Shown: positions 37,801 to 47,168 of the stretch, piece by piece
Numbering within the stretch: the stretch's first letter is position 1
Layout of the letters: each line of letters starts with the position of its first letter
Source: Lachnospiraceae bacterium
GTDB lineage: Bacteria; Bacillota; Clostridia; Lachnospirales; Lachnospiraceae
Reading direction: 5' to 3'
Length of the DNA: 64,000 nucleotides
Assembly (NCBI GenBank): GCA_050309585.1
Contig: JBNRML010000073.1
Span: forward strand, 7,950 to 71,949
The notes under the pieces: generated by a model
Databases searched by the model: none
What the model saw: the letters and a program-made list of their open reading frames with translations, nothing else
Told to the model about the DNA's origin: nothing
Made by a program: the position numbers and the translations under genes

Positions 37801-38507
37801 ATCAGTTCCCGCTCAGTCATGCTAATTTCATACATACCTGTTAATATGTAGGATAATTTTGAGGCATCATACCTGTATTCCGGAAGATTTGTACTGCTTA
37901 ACGGATATTCACATTCTTCCTCATTTACAATACCAGCCCATTTACTTAGTACCTTAAAAGCGTAGGCATCGTTTCCACCCACATACTTTAAGCAATTGCT
38001 TATGTTATCCACAGAAGAATAATCTCCATCTGTTCCACCCAAAGGATCAACAAAACTTGTATCATCATATGCAAGATAAGCAAGGCTGTACTCTGACAAG
38101 TCTATGTCCGAAGGTGAGTCTACAAGCCCGTGAGACAATGCATAGGATTCCATTGCTGCAACTGTCGCAAATGCCCAGCATGTTCCAAGACTTCTCTGAT
38201 TTTTGACAGACGTCACAAAACCATAATTTCTTGAGTCATATTTTTCCGGAACATAAGCTGACAGCAGCTTGTCCTTTTTGTTGCTTTCCAGCTCTCCACC
38301 CACCAAAGGTGCTCTAAAACCATTGTCCTTATAGCCATAAAAATGCTGTGTTTCCCCCGTATCTACTTTTTCCCCTGGTGTTTCTGAAGCCTTACATACA
38401 ATTTTTTTATTTATTACAGCTCCAAAATTCACTCCCGAAAAAGATGACGTCACCATAAAGCTCGCCAAACTTATGGCTACCACTTTTTTTAGCATTGATT
38501 TTCTCAT
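34863..38507 (-). CDS. secreted C1A (papain) cysteine protease with lectin-like domain, FN3-like domains and 3 C-terminal ~96-aa repeats
   Basis: VKNQRSLGTCWAFA, NHAITIVGWD, IKNSWG; lectin-like YQYDG...KYANVF; FN3 YYYKVRG; signal peptide. Confidence 0.9.
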   Translation of the reverse strand: MRKSMLKKVVAISLASFMVTSSFSGVNFGAVINKKIVCKASETPGEKVDTGETQHFYGYKDNGFRAPLVGGELESNKKDKLLSAYVPEKYDSRNYGFVTSVKNQRSLGTCWAFATVAAMESYALSHGLVDSPSDIDLSEYSLAYLAYDDTSFVDPLGGTDGDYSSVDNISNCLKYVGGNDAYAFKVLSKWAGIVNEEECEYPLSSTNLPEYRYDASKLSYILTGMYEISMTERELIKRAIMENGALATYYYDDDKYRNGNYFYNYELKSCNHAITIVGWDDSISKDNFALTDENGTHVPEGDGAWLIKNSWGTGWHDQGYMWISYYDIGNNIANGTIFEVAPAGFFDYNYQYDGNTYFGEGLIYASGEVFLSSKKYANVFTVPEGTGNQNLNAVSFATRDAVRNYSIQIYKNPTLDVEDENGNFTGTDNPESGEPLLEQPVTGSTTYAGYYTVTLPNAVKLNEGDTFAVVITFDKSTAIEYSYHSDSYTEYNNANANNESYYSVDGTNLVDLYQKYPMSSSKINVCIKAFTNVDDGISEAPEITELVQTGLNSVSIEWNKPSEDLQYELYRCESVNGDYSLIAPTYDNVYVDNMVEPGKKYYYKVRGVTDESGIKQYTDFSIIKSISTDLPGTVITSVAEQSKSAVVSWEEVQGAESYTLFYSMDGVNYDEIHDIKDTSYAVEIKYNQKTYFKVAVNYLINGVTESSSTSVSDSILVKSPAPVITVDGSVCDEVRFTWNSIDDIDFYEVYKYNSDTRSYDLMKNVNRTEQLVYSEEFKASDELNEYVYWVKPYSIVDEKNVEGNSVTVSALVRKPELDNLKYEITSELPVVSWDAYSGVLGTFGYYYIYISESYDGEYEYFGKVKSNSWTFPEAKYNGEKDYYVKVTAFASKIGEDTYFASNYKELTALQKEPLKISRTIIPLSCDLKVNNTSDTLNLSVGGSVTIVPTASGGTRSYEYQYIMKNVKTGVTIVLKDYSSALSYTGPLTGAGTKIFTVNVKDSSGKVISSNSVTVNVENVMSVKLSANGKTGTVNMTVGDSVVLTPVVSGGNGGYKYQYIMKNVNTGKNHELTGYTTLAKYTGPLTSAGTKIFTVNVKDGTGKIVTSNSVTVVVAKKASFSVELKVNEKTGTVNMTVGDSVKLVPCITGEAGTYTYQYEMLNVKTGATIVLKKYSNVLSYTGPLTSVGTKIFTVYVKNEKGEIVKSNSVTVVVGN

Positions 38508-38530
38508 ACCTTTCCTCCTATTCTACTTTA

Positions 38531-38549
38531 TGTACTCTCGGAATCTTTC
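38531..38549. promoter_or_regulatory. half-copy of the recurring upstream palindrome
   Basis: tgtactctcggaatctttc just 5' of the RBS of the 1214-aa protease. Confidence 0.45.
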
Positions 38550-38572
38550 AGAAAAACATTAATTTTTTTTAC

Positions 38573-41500
38573 CTATTTTGCCTCAACTGTAACAGCATTA
38601 CTTTCCACTACAATTCCACTACTGTCCTTAAATTTTACGAAAAACAATTTTGTACCTGTACTTTTAATAGGAGCAGAAAATGTGCTTGAACTTGTATAAT
38701 CCTTAAGCACCACGCACTTTCCTGTTGACATATTTTTCATTACATACTGATACATATATGGAGCTGTTCCACCTCTTGCAGAAGCAGAAAATACAATATT
38801 TTTTCCAACAGAGGCACTGACATTATCAAGTCCTCCATTTATTCTAAGATTCACTGTAGGCGCTTCAACAACATTGACAACCACCTGCTCCGAGCTCTTA
38901 ACTTTGCCGTTACTATCCTTTACATTAAGCATAAATATTTTTTCGCCTGTGGTATTCAGCTTTCCTGTATAGCTTGACACCGTTGAATAATCCTTTAAGA
39001 TAACGCTCTGACCTGTTGATACATACTTCATTACAAACTGATATGTATAGCCCGGGTATCCTCCTGCAACCCCTGCAGTAAGATTTACACTGATACCCTT
39101 GAGCAATGCCATTGAACCAGTCTTTCCATTTGCCCTTAAGACTGCTGTAATCGGCTTTTTGGCCTGTACCTTTATTTTATTAGTCGTTACAATGCTTCCC
39201 GTGCTGTCTTTTACATTTACATAAAATTCTTTTATGCCTTCGCTGTTAAGAGGCGCCGTATAACTTGATGCCGAACTAAAATCTTTGAGAACAACACTTT
39301 TATTTGTGGAAGTATCTTTCATGATATAGCGATATGTATAAACACCACTTCCACCCTTTGCTGTGGTTTTAATGGTAATATTGGTTCCCGTGTAAGTTTT
39401 TAATGTTCCTCCAGCACCATTCACGGTTGCCGTTGCACTAAGTACTGCATTTACCACAACCTTCACACTATTGGACTTAACTACCTTGCCATTACTATCC
39501 TTGACACTCACATAAAACTCTTTTGCTCCTTCAGATGTCATGGTGCCAACATAGCTTGCGTCACTACTATAACCTTTTAGCACAACTGTTTTTCCTGTCG
39601 ACAGATTTTTCATACTGTATTGATATGTATATCCCGGGTATCCTCCTGCCACCCCAGGTTTAAGAGTAACTGTGCTGCCAATCTGTAAATTTACTGTATC
39701 CTTTGTACCATTAACCCTTAGCACAGCCTGTAATACAGGCTTAACTACAACCGGTACCTCATTTGCCTTGACAACTTTTCCTGTACTGTCTTTAACCTTT
39801 AATATATATGTCTTGTTTGCATTTTGTGAAATTACCGTGGTCAAAGATGTCTGTGTACTAAAATTACTTAATATTGTAACTGTTCCTGTTGCCACATCCT
39901 TAACAGAATATTGATATGTATATCCTGGAAAACCTCCTGCCACGCCCGCTGTCAATTTTATTGTGTTTCCAACATACTTTTTAAGAGTATCCTTGCTTCC
40001 ATCTACTCTGAGTACCGCCTGTAATGGCTCAGCCGTTTTTACAGAAATTGTATTTGTACTTACCATGGCGCCTGTACTGTCCTTTACACGGGCAACATAT
40101 ATTTTTGTTCCCACACTTGAAGCTGTAATGCTGTACGTATGTGTGGCACTATAGTCTTTTAATATTTTAAGTTCGCCTGTAGTTGCATTTTTCTCAAGAA
40201 ACTGATATGTGTAGCCTCCACTTCCACCACTTACTCCAATCGTTAGTGATATACTTGTTCCTTTTTCAACATTAACTGTGGTGTTGCTTCCATTTCCTCT
40301 CAGCACTGCTTCCAGATTACTGTCCACAGTCACTTTGACTTCATTACTAATAGCTACCCTTCCATTATCATCTCTTAAAATGGCATAAAATATTTTTGTT
40401 CCAGGTGTGGTCACTGTTGTATTTAATATTGAATCAGAACCAAAATCCTTCACTGTAATTTCCTGACCTGTTGTCTCATTCTTCATAAGGAATTTGTATT
40501 CAGTTTCATCAAAACGACCACCCGGTGTTACGGATAATGCAAATTTTTCTCCAACCGTAATTCTCAACGATGTTGATTGCACACCACCTTTGGAAATATG
40601 AAGACTTGCTTTAGCCGGGCTGACCTCATCTGACAATTCTGTATATTTTTTCACTCCATTGACAATCTTGTATCCTCTTATTCGATAATAATACCAGGCG
40701 TTTTCAGTAATGTTCTTGTCAGCAAACTTGTTTCCTGTGGTAGTTCCTATAGGTACATTGTCAGCATAAAAGCTATAATTTTTATATATCTCATATGTAT
40801 ATCCACTATTGGCTTTCCATTTCAGAATGATTTCTGAATCCTGATTTCTAGTCATACCGGTGATAACAGGCTTTCCTGGCAAATAATTTGTAGTAAACGC
40901 CTTTATACAGATATTCATATCATATATGCTTGTATTCGGGTCCTCGTACATATCTGTAAGCGTTGTTCCATCCTTGGAATAAAAACTCTGATTATTTAAG
41001 CTTTCATTGTGGTCATTCAGTTTCGATACATCACTTTTTGAAAATGAATATGACAATGCGGTATCTTTATCAAACGTAATCACAATTGCAAAGGTGTCAT
41101 TTTCATTCAATGTTATTTCCTGATTAAGCTTAACGGTGTAATATCCCACATATGAGGTTGTTCCCGTAACTGGGCTTTTGAGAAGTGCTTTTCCACTGGT
41201 CAAATTATCCGTGCCCACAAAACTTCCGTCCTCCTGCTCTGTGTTCAGCTGTGGATTCTTGTAAACCATAATAGAATAACTGCGGTTCGTATCTAAAACA
41301 GCAAACGAAACTGAGTCAAGCTTCTGAGTGCCTTTCCCCGCTGGTACAGTAAACACGGATGCGTATTTTTTACTGCTAATAAAATAACTGCCGTCTTTAT
41401 ATTTTAAAACCTCTGTCAGTGAAGTGTTTCCATCCCATTGATAAATATTGTCATTTACACCCGACTTATCCACTTCATATACTGCAGCGTTTATATCCAT

Positions 41501-42529
41501 ATTGGATGTATCATAGTAAGACAACCACATATACCCATTGTCAAAAGACTCAGTTCCCCAACTGTTTTTTATAAGCCAGGCACCATCATACGCCGGGGTA
41601 TGTGTCACTCCCTGAGAATCTGTTGTCGTGAAATTTTCCTTTTTCACTGTATCGTCCCATCCTACAATGGTAACTGCATGATTTGTTGAATTCCCACCAT
41701 CATAATAATAATACTTGTTATTTATAAGATAGGCTGAATCGTGATAATATGCTGTAGCAACAGCACCATTATCCATAACAGCCTTCTTAACCAGAACCCT
41801 GTCTTTCATACTAATAAACTTCATTCCCGTCAGCACATATTTCAGCTTCGAAAAGTCATGTGTGAAACTTGGAGTGAATAATTTGGAACTTGGATAAGGA
41901 GCATCCGATTCATCCACAATACCTCCCCACTTGCTTAAAATCCTAAATGCCTTGGAGTCATGTCCACCATTATTCAATCCCAAATATACATTCTCCTTGT
42001 GATAATCCCCTGTCGTTCCCCCCATCGGATCTATATAACTTGTATCATCCGCAGCCATATACGCCAAATTATACTCAGCCAGATCAAGTGTTGATGCATT
42101 AGCTGCAAGTCCATGCTTCAATGCATAGGACTCCATTGATGCAACCGCCGCAAAAGACCAGCACGTTCCCCAGCTTCCCTGATTGCGCACGGCGGTAACT
42201 AAACCATAATTTCTGGCGTCATAACTTGACGGTATAGTTGCAGAAAGCACCTGGCCTTTATTGACATACAGGGAATTCTCATCTGAAATGTCATTCCCAT
42301 CTTCGTCATATAAAAGACTAGGTGCTCTAAATCCATTATCAATAAATCCGCATCTATAATTATCACTCTTTGAATCATCCTCAAACACTGCCTGGTCATC
42401 CTGAATAACCTCCGCAGCTTCACAGTCAACCCTACTGTCAGTAGCAGTCACAAAACCACTAAACATTGATGTAATCATCAATGCTGACATTGCAAAAGCT
42501 ATGGTCTTTTTAACAACTCGTTTTCTCAT
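38573..42529 (-). CDS. secreted C1A cysteine protease paralog with lectin-like domain and 7 C-terminal ~96-aa repeats
   Basis: VRNQGSWGTCWSFA, NHAVTIVGWD, IKNSWG; seven GG..YTYQY.MK..TG...VLKDYS...VKDS.G repeats. Start set at MRKRVV. Confidence 0.9.
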   Translation of the reverse strand: MRKRVVKKTIAFAMSALMITSMFSGFVTATDSRVDCEAAEVIQDDQAVFEDDSKSDNYRCGFIDNGFRAPSLLYDEDGNDISDENSLYVNKGQVLSATIPSSYDARNYGLVTAVRNQGSWGTCWSFAAVASMESYALKHGLAANASTLDLAEYNLAYMAADDTSYIDPMGGTTGDYHKENVYLGLNNGGHDSKAFRILSKWGGIVDESDAPYPSSKLFTPSFTHDFSKLKYVLTGMKFISMKDRVLVKKAVMDNGAVATAYYHDSAYLINNKYYYYDGGNSTNHAVTIVGWDDTVKKENFTTTDSQGVTHTPAYDGAWLIKNSWGTESFDNGYMWLSYYDTSNMDINAAVYEVDKSGVNDNIYQWDGNTSLTEVLKYKDGSYFISSKKYASVFTVPAGKGTQKLDSVSFAVLDTNRSYSIMVYKNPQLNTEQEDGSFVGTDNLTSGKALLKSPVTGTTSYVGYYTVKLNQEITLNENDTFAIVITFDKDTALSYSFSKSDVSKLNDHNESLNNQSFYSKDGTTLTDMYEDPNTSIYDMNICIKAFTTNYLPGKPVITGMTRNQDSEIILKWKANSGYTYEIYKNYSFYADNVPIGTTTGNKFADKNITENAWYYYRIRGYKIVNGVKKYTELSDEVSPAKASLHISKGGVQSTSLRITVGEKFALSVTPGGRFDETEYKFLMKNETTGQEITVKDFGSDSILNTTVTTPGTKIFYAILRDDNGRVAISNEVKVTVDSNLEAVLRGNGSNTTVNVEKGTSISLTIGVSGGSGGYTYQFLEKNATTGELKILKDYSATHTYSITASSVGTKIYVARVKDSTGAMVSTNTISVKTAEPLQAVLRVDGSKDTLKKYVGNTIKLTAGVAGGFPGYTYQYSVKDVATGTVTILSNFSTQTSLTTVISQNANKTYILKVKDSTGKVVKANEVPVVVKPVLQAVLRVNGTKDTVNLQIGSTVTLKPGVAGGYPGYTYQYSMKNLSTGKTVVLKGYSSDASYVGTMTSEGAKEFYVSVKDSNGKVVKSNSVKVVVNAVLSATATVNGAGGTLKTYTGTNITIKTTAKGGSGVYTYRYIMKDTSTNKSVVLKDFSSASSYTAPLNSEGIKEFYVNVKDSTGSIVTTNKIKVQAKKPITAVLRANGKTGSMALLKGISVNLTAGVAGGYPGYTYQFVMKYVSTGQSVILKDYSTVSSYTGKLNTTGEKIFMLNVKDSNGKVKSSEQVVVNVVEAPTVNLRINGGLDNVSASVGKNIVFSASARGGTAPYMYQYVMKNMSTGKCVVLKDYTSSSTFSAPIKSTGTKLFFVKFKDSSGIVVESNAVTVEAK

Positions 42530-42583
42530 ACGCATCTCTCCCATCATAATAATTATTTTGTAGTATCTGTTCAGGCCCGTCTT

Positions 42584-44029
42584 TTATGACGAGCCCTCTT
42601 TCTTCAAAACCGCAACAACTGTCATCAATAATATTTTTATATCCTTGCCAATGCTCCAGTTCATAATATATTCAGTGTCCAGTTTTACCACCTCTTCAAA
42701 GTCAGTAATGTTACTTCGTCCACTTACCTGCCACATTCCGGTAAGACCAGGTTTAATTGACATTCTAGCTCTGTGGTGTAAATCATATTTTTTCCACTCA
42801 TCCAATGTTGGCGGTCTCGTTCCAACGAGACTCATATCCCCCTTCAACACGTTAAGGAACTGCGGAAATTCGTCAATGGATGTATTTCTGATAAAATTAC
42901 CAATTCCTTTACCATTTTCACCACCTATTATTCTCGGATCATTGTCCATCTTAAACATCATTCCGTCTTTAACCTTGTTCTGTGCCATCAGCTCAGCTTT
43001 ACGCTCCTCTGCATCAAGGTACATGCTTCTAAATTTGTATATTTGGAATTTCTTTCCATTTTTACCAACTCTCCACTGCTTAAAAAATATAGGACCCGGA
43101 GATTTAATATATATCGCTGGTGCCACAAACACAAACAATATTGCGGTAAATATCAATCCCACAATACTTCCGACGATGTCAATTGCTCTCTTCGCAATAA
43201 CCTCCTGTAATGACATGGTGTTAATTGCACTAGAAATAACTGTATAATCACCTATCTTTTCAACAATCTGAACTCTGCCCGGCTGCTTAATGGTCTTTGC
43301 AACATTATGATGAACTGTTATTCCCATCAAAAGACATGCCTCAGCGAGCTCTCTGCTCACATCTGAAACATCACCTGAGTTGCTTAAAAACACCTCATCT
43401 ACCCAGTTTCTGCAAAGATATTCTGTTATCTCTTCTCCCTTTGCAACAACAGGCACTCCCTGTATTTCTTCTTCGCTGCAATCATCTATAAGGCAAATTC
43501 CCAATATTCTGTATCTGATATTAATATTTCTGGAAAAATGTTCAACAAGCTCTTCCACTTCATCTCTGCCTGTAATGATGACCATACCTCTGTCCTTTGT
43601 GTAATCATTTGAAAAGGACTCTTTTAAAAACATCTTCCATAGGCTCCTTATAACATATGTTGTTATACCACCTATAGCCCAGGTTAGCAAAAATACCGCT
43701 CTTGAATATGTGTCCGAATTTTTTGTCATATATAAATAAAGTATTAAAAAAGCTGTAACCAGTGAAATATGCTTAAAGGTTTCTATCAACTCTTTATACA
43801 TTCCACGTGACACAATATGGTCATAACCATTGGAAAATGTGGTTACTAAAATATCATCTAATACAAGAAAAAATGCCACATGAATATACAGGCTTTTAAA
43901 CTCATCATTTCCAAAAACCCATCCATGTCGAATAATGTACGCCAACACAAATGAAATTTCCAGACATATCATATCGAAGAGTAGAAAATCTATGTGTTTT
44001 AACCATCCGGATGTCCTTTTTCTGTACAT
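42584..44029 (-). CDS. priming sugar transferase (CpsE/WcaJ-type undecaprenyl-phosphate glycosyl-1-phosphate transferase)
   Basis: KRAIDIVGS, FQIYKFRSM, DEFPQFLNVLKGDMSLVGTRP, KPGLTGMWQVSGRS. Start reset to MYRKRT (AAGGAG RBS). Confidence 0.95.
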   Translation of the reverse strand: MYRKRTSGWLKHIDFLLFDMICLEISFVLAYIIRHGWVFGNDEFKSLYIHVAFFLVLDDILVTTFSNGYDHIVSRGMYKELIETFKHISLVTAFLILYLYMTKNSDTYSRAVFLLTWAIGGITTYVIRSLWKMFLKESFSNDYTKDRGMVIITGRDEVEELVEHFSRNINIRYRILGICLIDDCSEEEIQGVPVVAKGEEITEYLCRNWVDEVFLSNSGDVSDVSRELAEACLLMGITVHHNVAKTIKQPGRVQIVEKIGDYTVISSAINTMSLQEVIAKRAIDIVGSIVGLIFTAILFVFVAPAIYIKSPGPIFFKQWRVGKNGKKFQIYKFRSMYLDAEERKAELMAQNKVKDGMMFKMDNDPRIIGGENGKGIGNFIRNTSIDEFPQFLNVLKGDMSLVGTRPPTLDEWKKYDLHHRARMSIKPGLTGMWQVSGRSNITDFEEVVKLDTEYIMNWSIGKDIKILLMTVVAVLKKEGSS

Positions 44030-44104
44030 TTTTTTCTCCTTCTGTAAATTAATGCTATAATGCCGGGGACAAGAGCCCTGCATTCACATTTAATTATAAC
44101 ATAT

Positions 44105-45565
44105 TTACTGCCTTATTGTCTCTCCATTTATTACTTTTTGTATCATTTCTTTTGCTCTGTCTATTGTGCTCTGATCTGGCTCCATTACATAAAGATTTGA
44201 TCTTGGCATTGAATAAGTGGTTGCTCTTGTTCCCTTTCCATCCACGCTAATAGATACAACGTTCCACTTAGCCATATCATTTATCTGCATTTTTACCAAA
44301 TCATTTATCATTGACTGTGGCATGCTTGTCTGGAAGCAGTCTGATAACGCATCCATAACATCTGCATAATTATACAAGAGCTTGGAACTTGACATTTCAT
44401 TAATGACAGCCCTGATTACTTCCATCTGGTTTCTTCCTCGCTGTCTGTCCCCCTCCGCAAGGGCATATCTTTCTCTGGCAAATCCCAGCGCCTGCTCACC
44501 ATTGAGTCTGTTGGCACCTACATTAATATGAGTCGTATTATTCTTTGTTGTAAACTCATATTTGGAATTTACCGTCACGCCGCCCAGCTCATCAATAATC
44601 CTTATAAATCCATCAAAATTCAATCTGAAATAATACTGCAAATCCAAATCATAAATCATTCCCAAAGTATCTTTGGAACAATTTATACCATATATACCTG
44701 CATGTGTGAGTTTATCCTTAGCTCCATTTGATATTGACAGTGGAACATAATAATCTCTAGGGGTTGAAACAAGTAAAATCTGTTTAGTCTTCGTATTGAC
44801 AACAGCAATAATATTCACATCACTTCGACTTGTCTTCGCAACACTTCCATAAGTATCAATACCACTTATATACAAGGTAAACACGTCTTCATTGAGGTTT
44901 GTCTTTCCATCTTCCTCATACCATTCAACCTCAGTTTTAACTTCAGTCATGTAAAGAGCCTTCACCCTTTCTCTCAGGTCCTCATATCCCTCAGCCTCGA
45001 CAATAATATCAATATATGCCTCATTTAACACAACCGCCTTTATTGTTCCAGCATATAACTCGTCTATCATAGTAAAGAAATCATCAAATTCCTTCGTCTG
45101 AGTTTCTCCCTCGACCATTCCATCAATTTTATCTAATACCTTGTCTGTAGCATCCCTTCCCTTGTCTGCCAAAATACCGTATACATATCCTGAAGTATCA
45201 CCAATTGTTGTTGCCGGGTCATCCTTAAGAACATAAACCGACATACTGTCTATCTGGTGCTTTGCACCAGATATTTTCTTTAATACATTTGTGGTTTTTA
45301 CAATATCTACACAGACAATACCAAGTATAATGGAAATAATTATTCCTATTACCATCATAATTATTCCGGGAACTTTCTTTATCTGGCAAATCACATTAAC
45401 TATGCATAGTCCTATAAGAACTCCTGCAATAATCAGAAAGTGTTTCATCGGAAGCATATTTAGCTCTGACAAAAAATACAGAAAAATCAAACTTATTATT
45501 CCCTGCACAGCAGCTATTCCAAAACGTACAAGTTTAAATATATCCTTCTTTGCACTAGTCTTCAT
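44105..45565 (-). CDS. LCP (LytR/CpsA/Psr) family glycopolymer transferase
   Basis: 3 TM segments; YISGID, SRSDVNI, STPRDYYV, DKLTHAG, FARERY, RGRNQ. Confidence 0.93.
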   Translation of the reverse strand: MKTSAKKDIFKLVRFGIAAVQGIISLIFLYFLSELNMLPMKHFLIIAGVLIGLCIVNVICQIKKVPGIIMMVIGIIISIILGIVCVDIVKTTNVLKKISGAKHQIDSMSVYVLKDDPATTIGDTSGYVYGILADKGRDATDKVLDKIDGMVEGETQTKEFDDFFTMIDELYAGTIKAVVLNEAYIDIIVEAEGYEDLRERVKALYMTEVKTEVEWYEEDGKTNLNEDVFTLYISGIDTYGSVAKTSRSDVNIIAVVNTKTKQILLVSTPRDYYVPLSISNGAKDKLTHAGIYGINCSKDTLGMIYDLDLQYYFRLNFDGFIRIIDELGGVTVNSKYEFTTKNNTTHINVGANRLNGEQALGFARERYALAEGDRQRGRNQMEVIRAVINEMSSSKLLYNYADVMDALSDCFQTSMPQSMINDLVKMQINDMAKWNVVSISVDGKGTRATTYSMPRSNLYVMEPDQSTIDRAKEMIQKVINGETIRQ

Positions 45566-45566
45566 A

Positions 45567-46307
45567 TTATTCAGCCTCCCCTTCTTTTACATGTATTGTA
45601 AACTCAACCGGTTCAGATATATTCCCCTCGGTATCTGAAACTGAATAGTAAACCTTATAGTCCCCTGCCTGGCTTAAATCATCTGCCCCCTGAATTCTGA
45701 TTCTTCTTGAAACATCTTCCTCATGGTCATATGTCATTTCAACATATGTCATATAGTTAAAATCCTGCCCAAGAGAAATTGTTGCTTCTGTTGCATTCAA
45801 TCTAATGAAAGGAATTCCAGTTTCGTCAGCCTTTGCAATTTGTTCTTCAAGTGAGTCTGACTCATAATTATTGTTTTCTTGATTTTCTCCTGCATTATTA
45901 TCAGGATTTTCATCCGGATTAACCTCATTATTTACATTATCTTCTTTATTTTCGTTGTTTCCTGTGTCTTCAGATTTTATATAATCCACTTTTCTTTTAA
46001 CGCATGTAATGTTTTTGCTCTTATCCATGGCAGCATATTCTACCACCATCTTAGTTCCACTACTGAGCACAACTTTATTTTTTATAACTAATGTGTTTGT
46101 AACATCTCCATCTTTTTTATCATATGCAGTAACGCCTACAAGCAACGACTGGTCTCCGTCCTTTCCTTCTACATATGTGAGATTCTCTCCATTCATAAAC
46201 CTTATCTCAGGTCCTTTACCATCAATCAAAATGACTTCGTATATGCATACGATTCCTATAACAAACAAAAAAAATACACCTAATCCTACGCCTATTTTAC
46301 CATTCAT
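45567..46307 (-). CDS. membrane-anchored protein with two Ig-like (DUF5011-like) domains
   Basis: N-terminal TM; VTAYDKKDGDVT and YKVYYSVSDTEGN Ig-type motifs separated by an N/E-rich linker. Confidence 0.7.
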   Translation of the reverse strand: MNGKIGVGLGVFFLFVIGIVCIYEVILIDGKGPEIRFMNGENLTYVEGKDGDQSLLVGVTAYDKKDGDVTNTLVIKNKVVLSSGTKMVVEYAAMDKSKNITCVKRKVDYIKSEDTGNNENKEDNVNNEVNPDENPDNNAGENQENNNYESDSLEEQIAKADETGIPFIRLNATEATISLGQDFNYMTYVEMTYDHEEDVSRRIRIQGADDLSQAGDYKVYYSVSDTEGNISEPVEFTIHVKEGEAE

Positions 46308-46359
46308 CTTAATCCTCTTTTCTGAGTAATTCGTATTTTACAATCTCCATATACAATTT

Positions 46360-46388
46360 ATGAGAAACTGCCAGAAACAGTTTCTCAT
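46360..46388. terminator. perfect 11-bp inverted repeat between cpsD and the Ig-domain gene
   Basis: atgagaaactg-ccagaaa-cagtttctcat; weak U-tract, so terminator or mRNA-stabilising hairpin. Confidence 0.55.
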
Positions 46389-46415
46389 GAATTAATACTC
46401 TATTCCAATATTAAA

Positions 46416-47153
46416 TTAATTTTTCTTATTATGCCCATAGTCTCCATAGTTTCCATAGTTTCCATATGAACCATACTTTCCATACTTGCCATATTTGCCG
46501 TAATGTCCATAATATCCGCCCTTACCCATAGGTACTTTATTTAACACTGCTCCCAAAATTCTACAATTTGCTTTATCGAGCTGCTCTTTTGTCTTCTTTA
46601 CAAATTTATAACTGATTTCACCAGATGCAACCACCAGAACAATTCCATCACATTCTTCTGCAATAATCGCAGCATCAATAACACTGCCAATCGGTGGTGT
46701 GTCAATGATGATATAATCATATGTCTGTCTGAGCTGTTTTATCAACGTCTTAAAATATTTGTTTCCCAGTAATTCAGCAGGATTTGGCGGGACAGGCCCT
46801 GAAAATACGATATGCAAATTTTCAATATTGGTAGAATAAACAACCTCATCAAATTGATTAACACCCGATAAATAATGTGTAAAGCCTTTAACTGCCTTAT
46901 TAATTTTATATCTACCAACTAATACGGACTTTCTAAGATCCGCATCAATAAAAATAACTTTCTTTCCAGTTTCAGCAATTGAAGCCGCAAGATTAAATGA
47001 TACACTTGATTTACCTTCATTTGGCACAGTACTGGTAAGTGCTACAACCTTAACATCATTTCCACAAAACTGCAGATTTGTTCTTAATCTTTTATATGCT
47101 TCACTTGTACTATGATCTACTTTTTTAAGCTTATCAATATTAATATTTAACAT
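46416..47153 (-). CDS. cpsD: BY-kinase (CpsD/CapB)
   Basis: Walker A PNEGKS, IDADLRK, IIDTPP; C-terminal Tyr cluster YGKYGKYGKYGSYGNY. Confidence 0.95.
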   Translation of the reverse strand: MLNINIDKLKKVDHSTSEAYKRLRTNLQFCGNDVKVVALTSTVPNEGKSSVSFNLAASIAETGKKVIFIDADLRKSVLVGRYKINKAVKGFTHYLSGVNQFDEVVYSTNIENLHIVFSGPVPPNPAELLGNKYFKTLIKQLRQTYDYIIIDTPPIGSVIDAAIIAEECDGIVLVVASGEISYKFVKKTKEQLDKANCRILGAVLNKVPMGKGGYYGHYGKYGKYGKYGSYGNYGNYGDYGHNKKN

Positions 47154-47168
47154 ATATTTGCAGCCTCC

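Noticed and set aside
46416-46530. 9-bp tandem repeats (GKY/GNY) at the end of cpsD
   Set aside because: This is the ordinary BY-kinase tyrosine autophosphorylation cluster.
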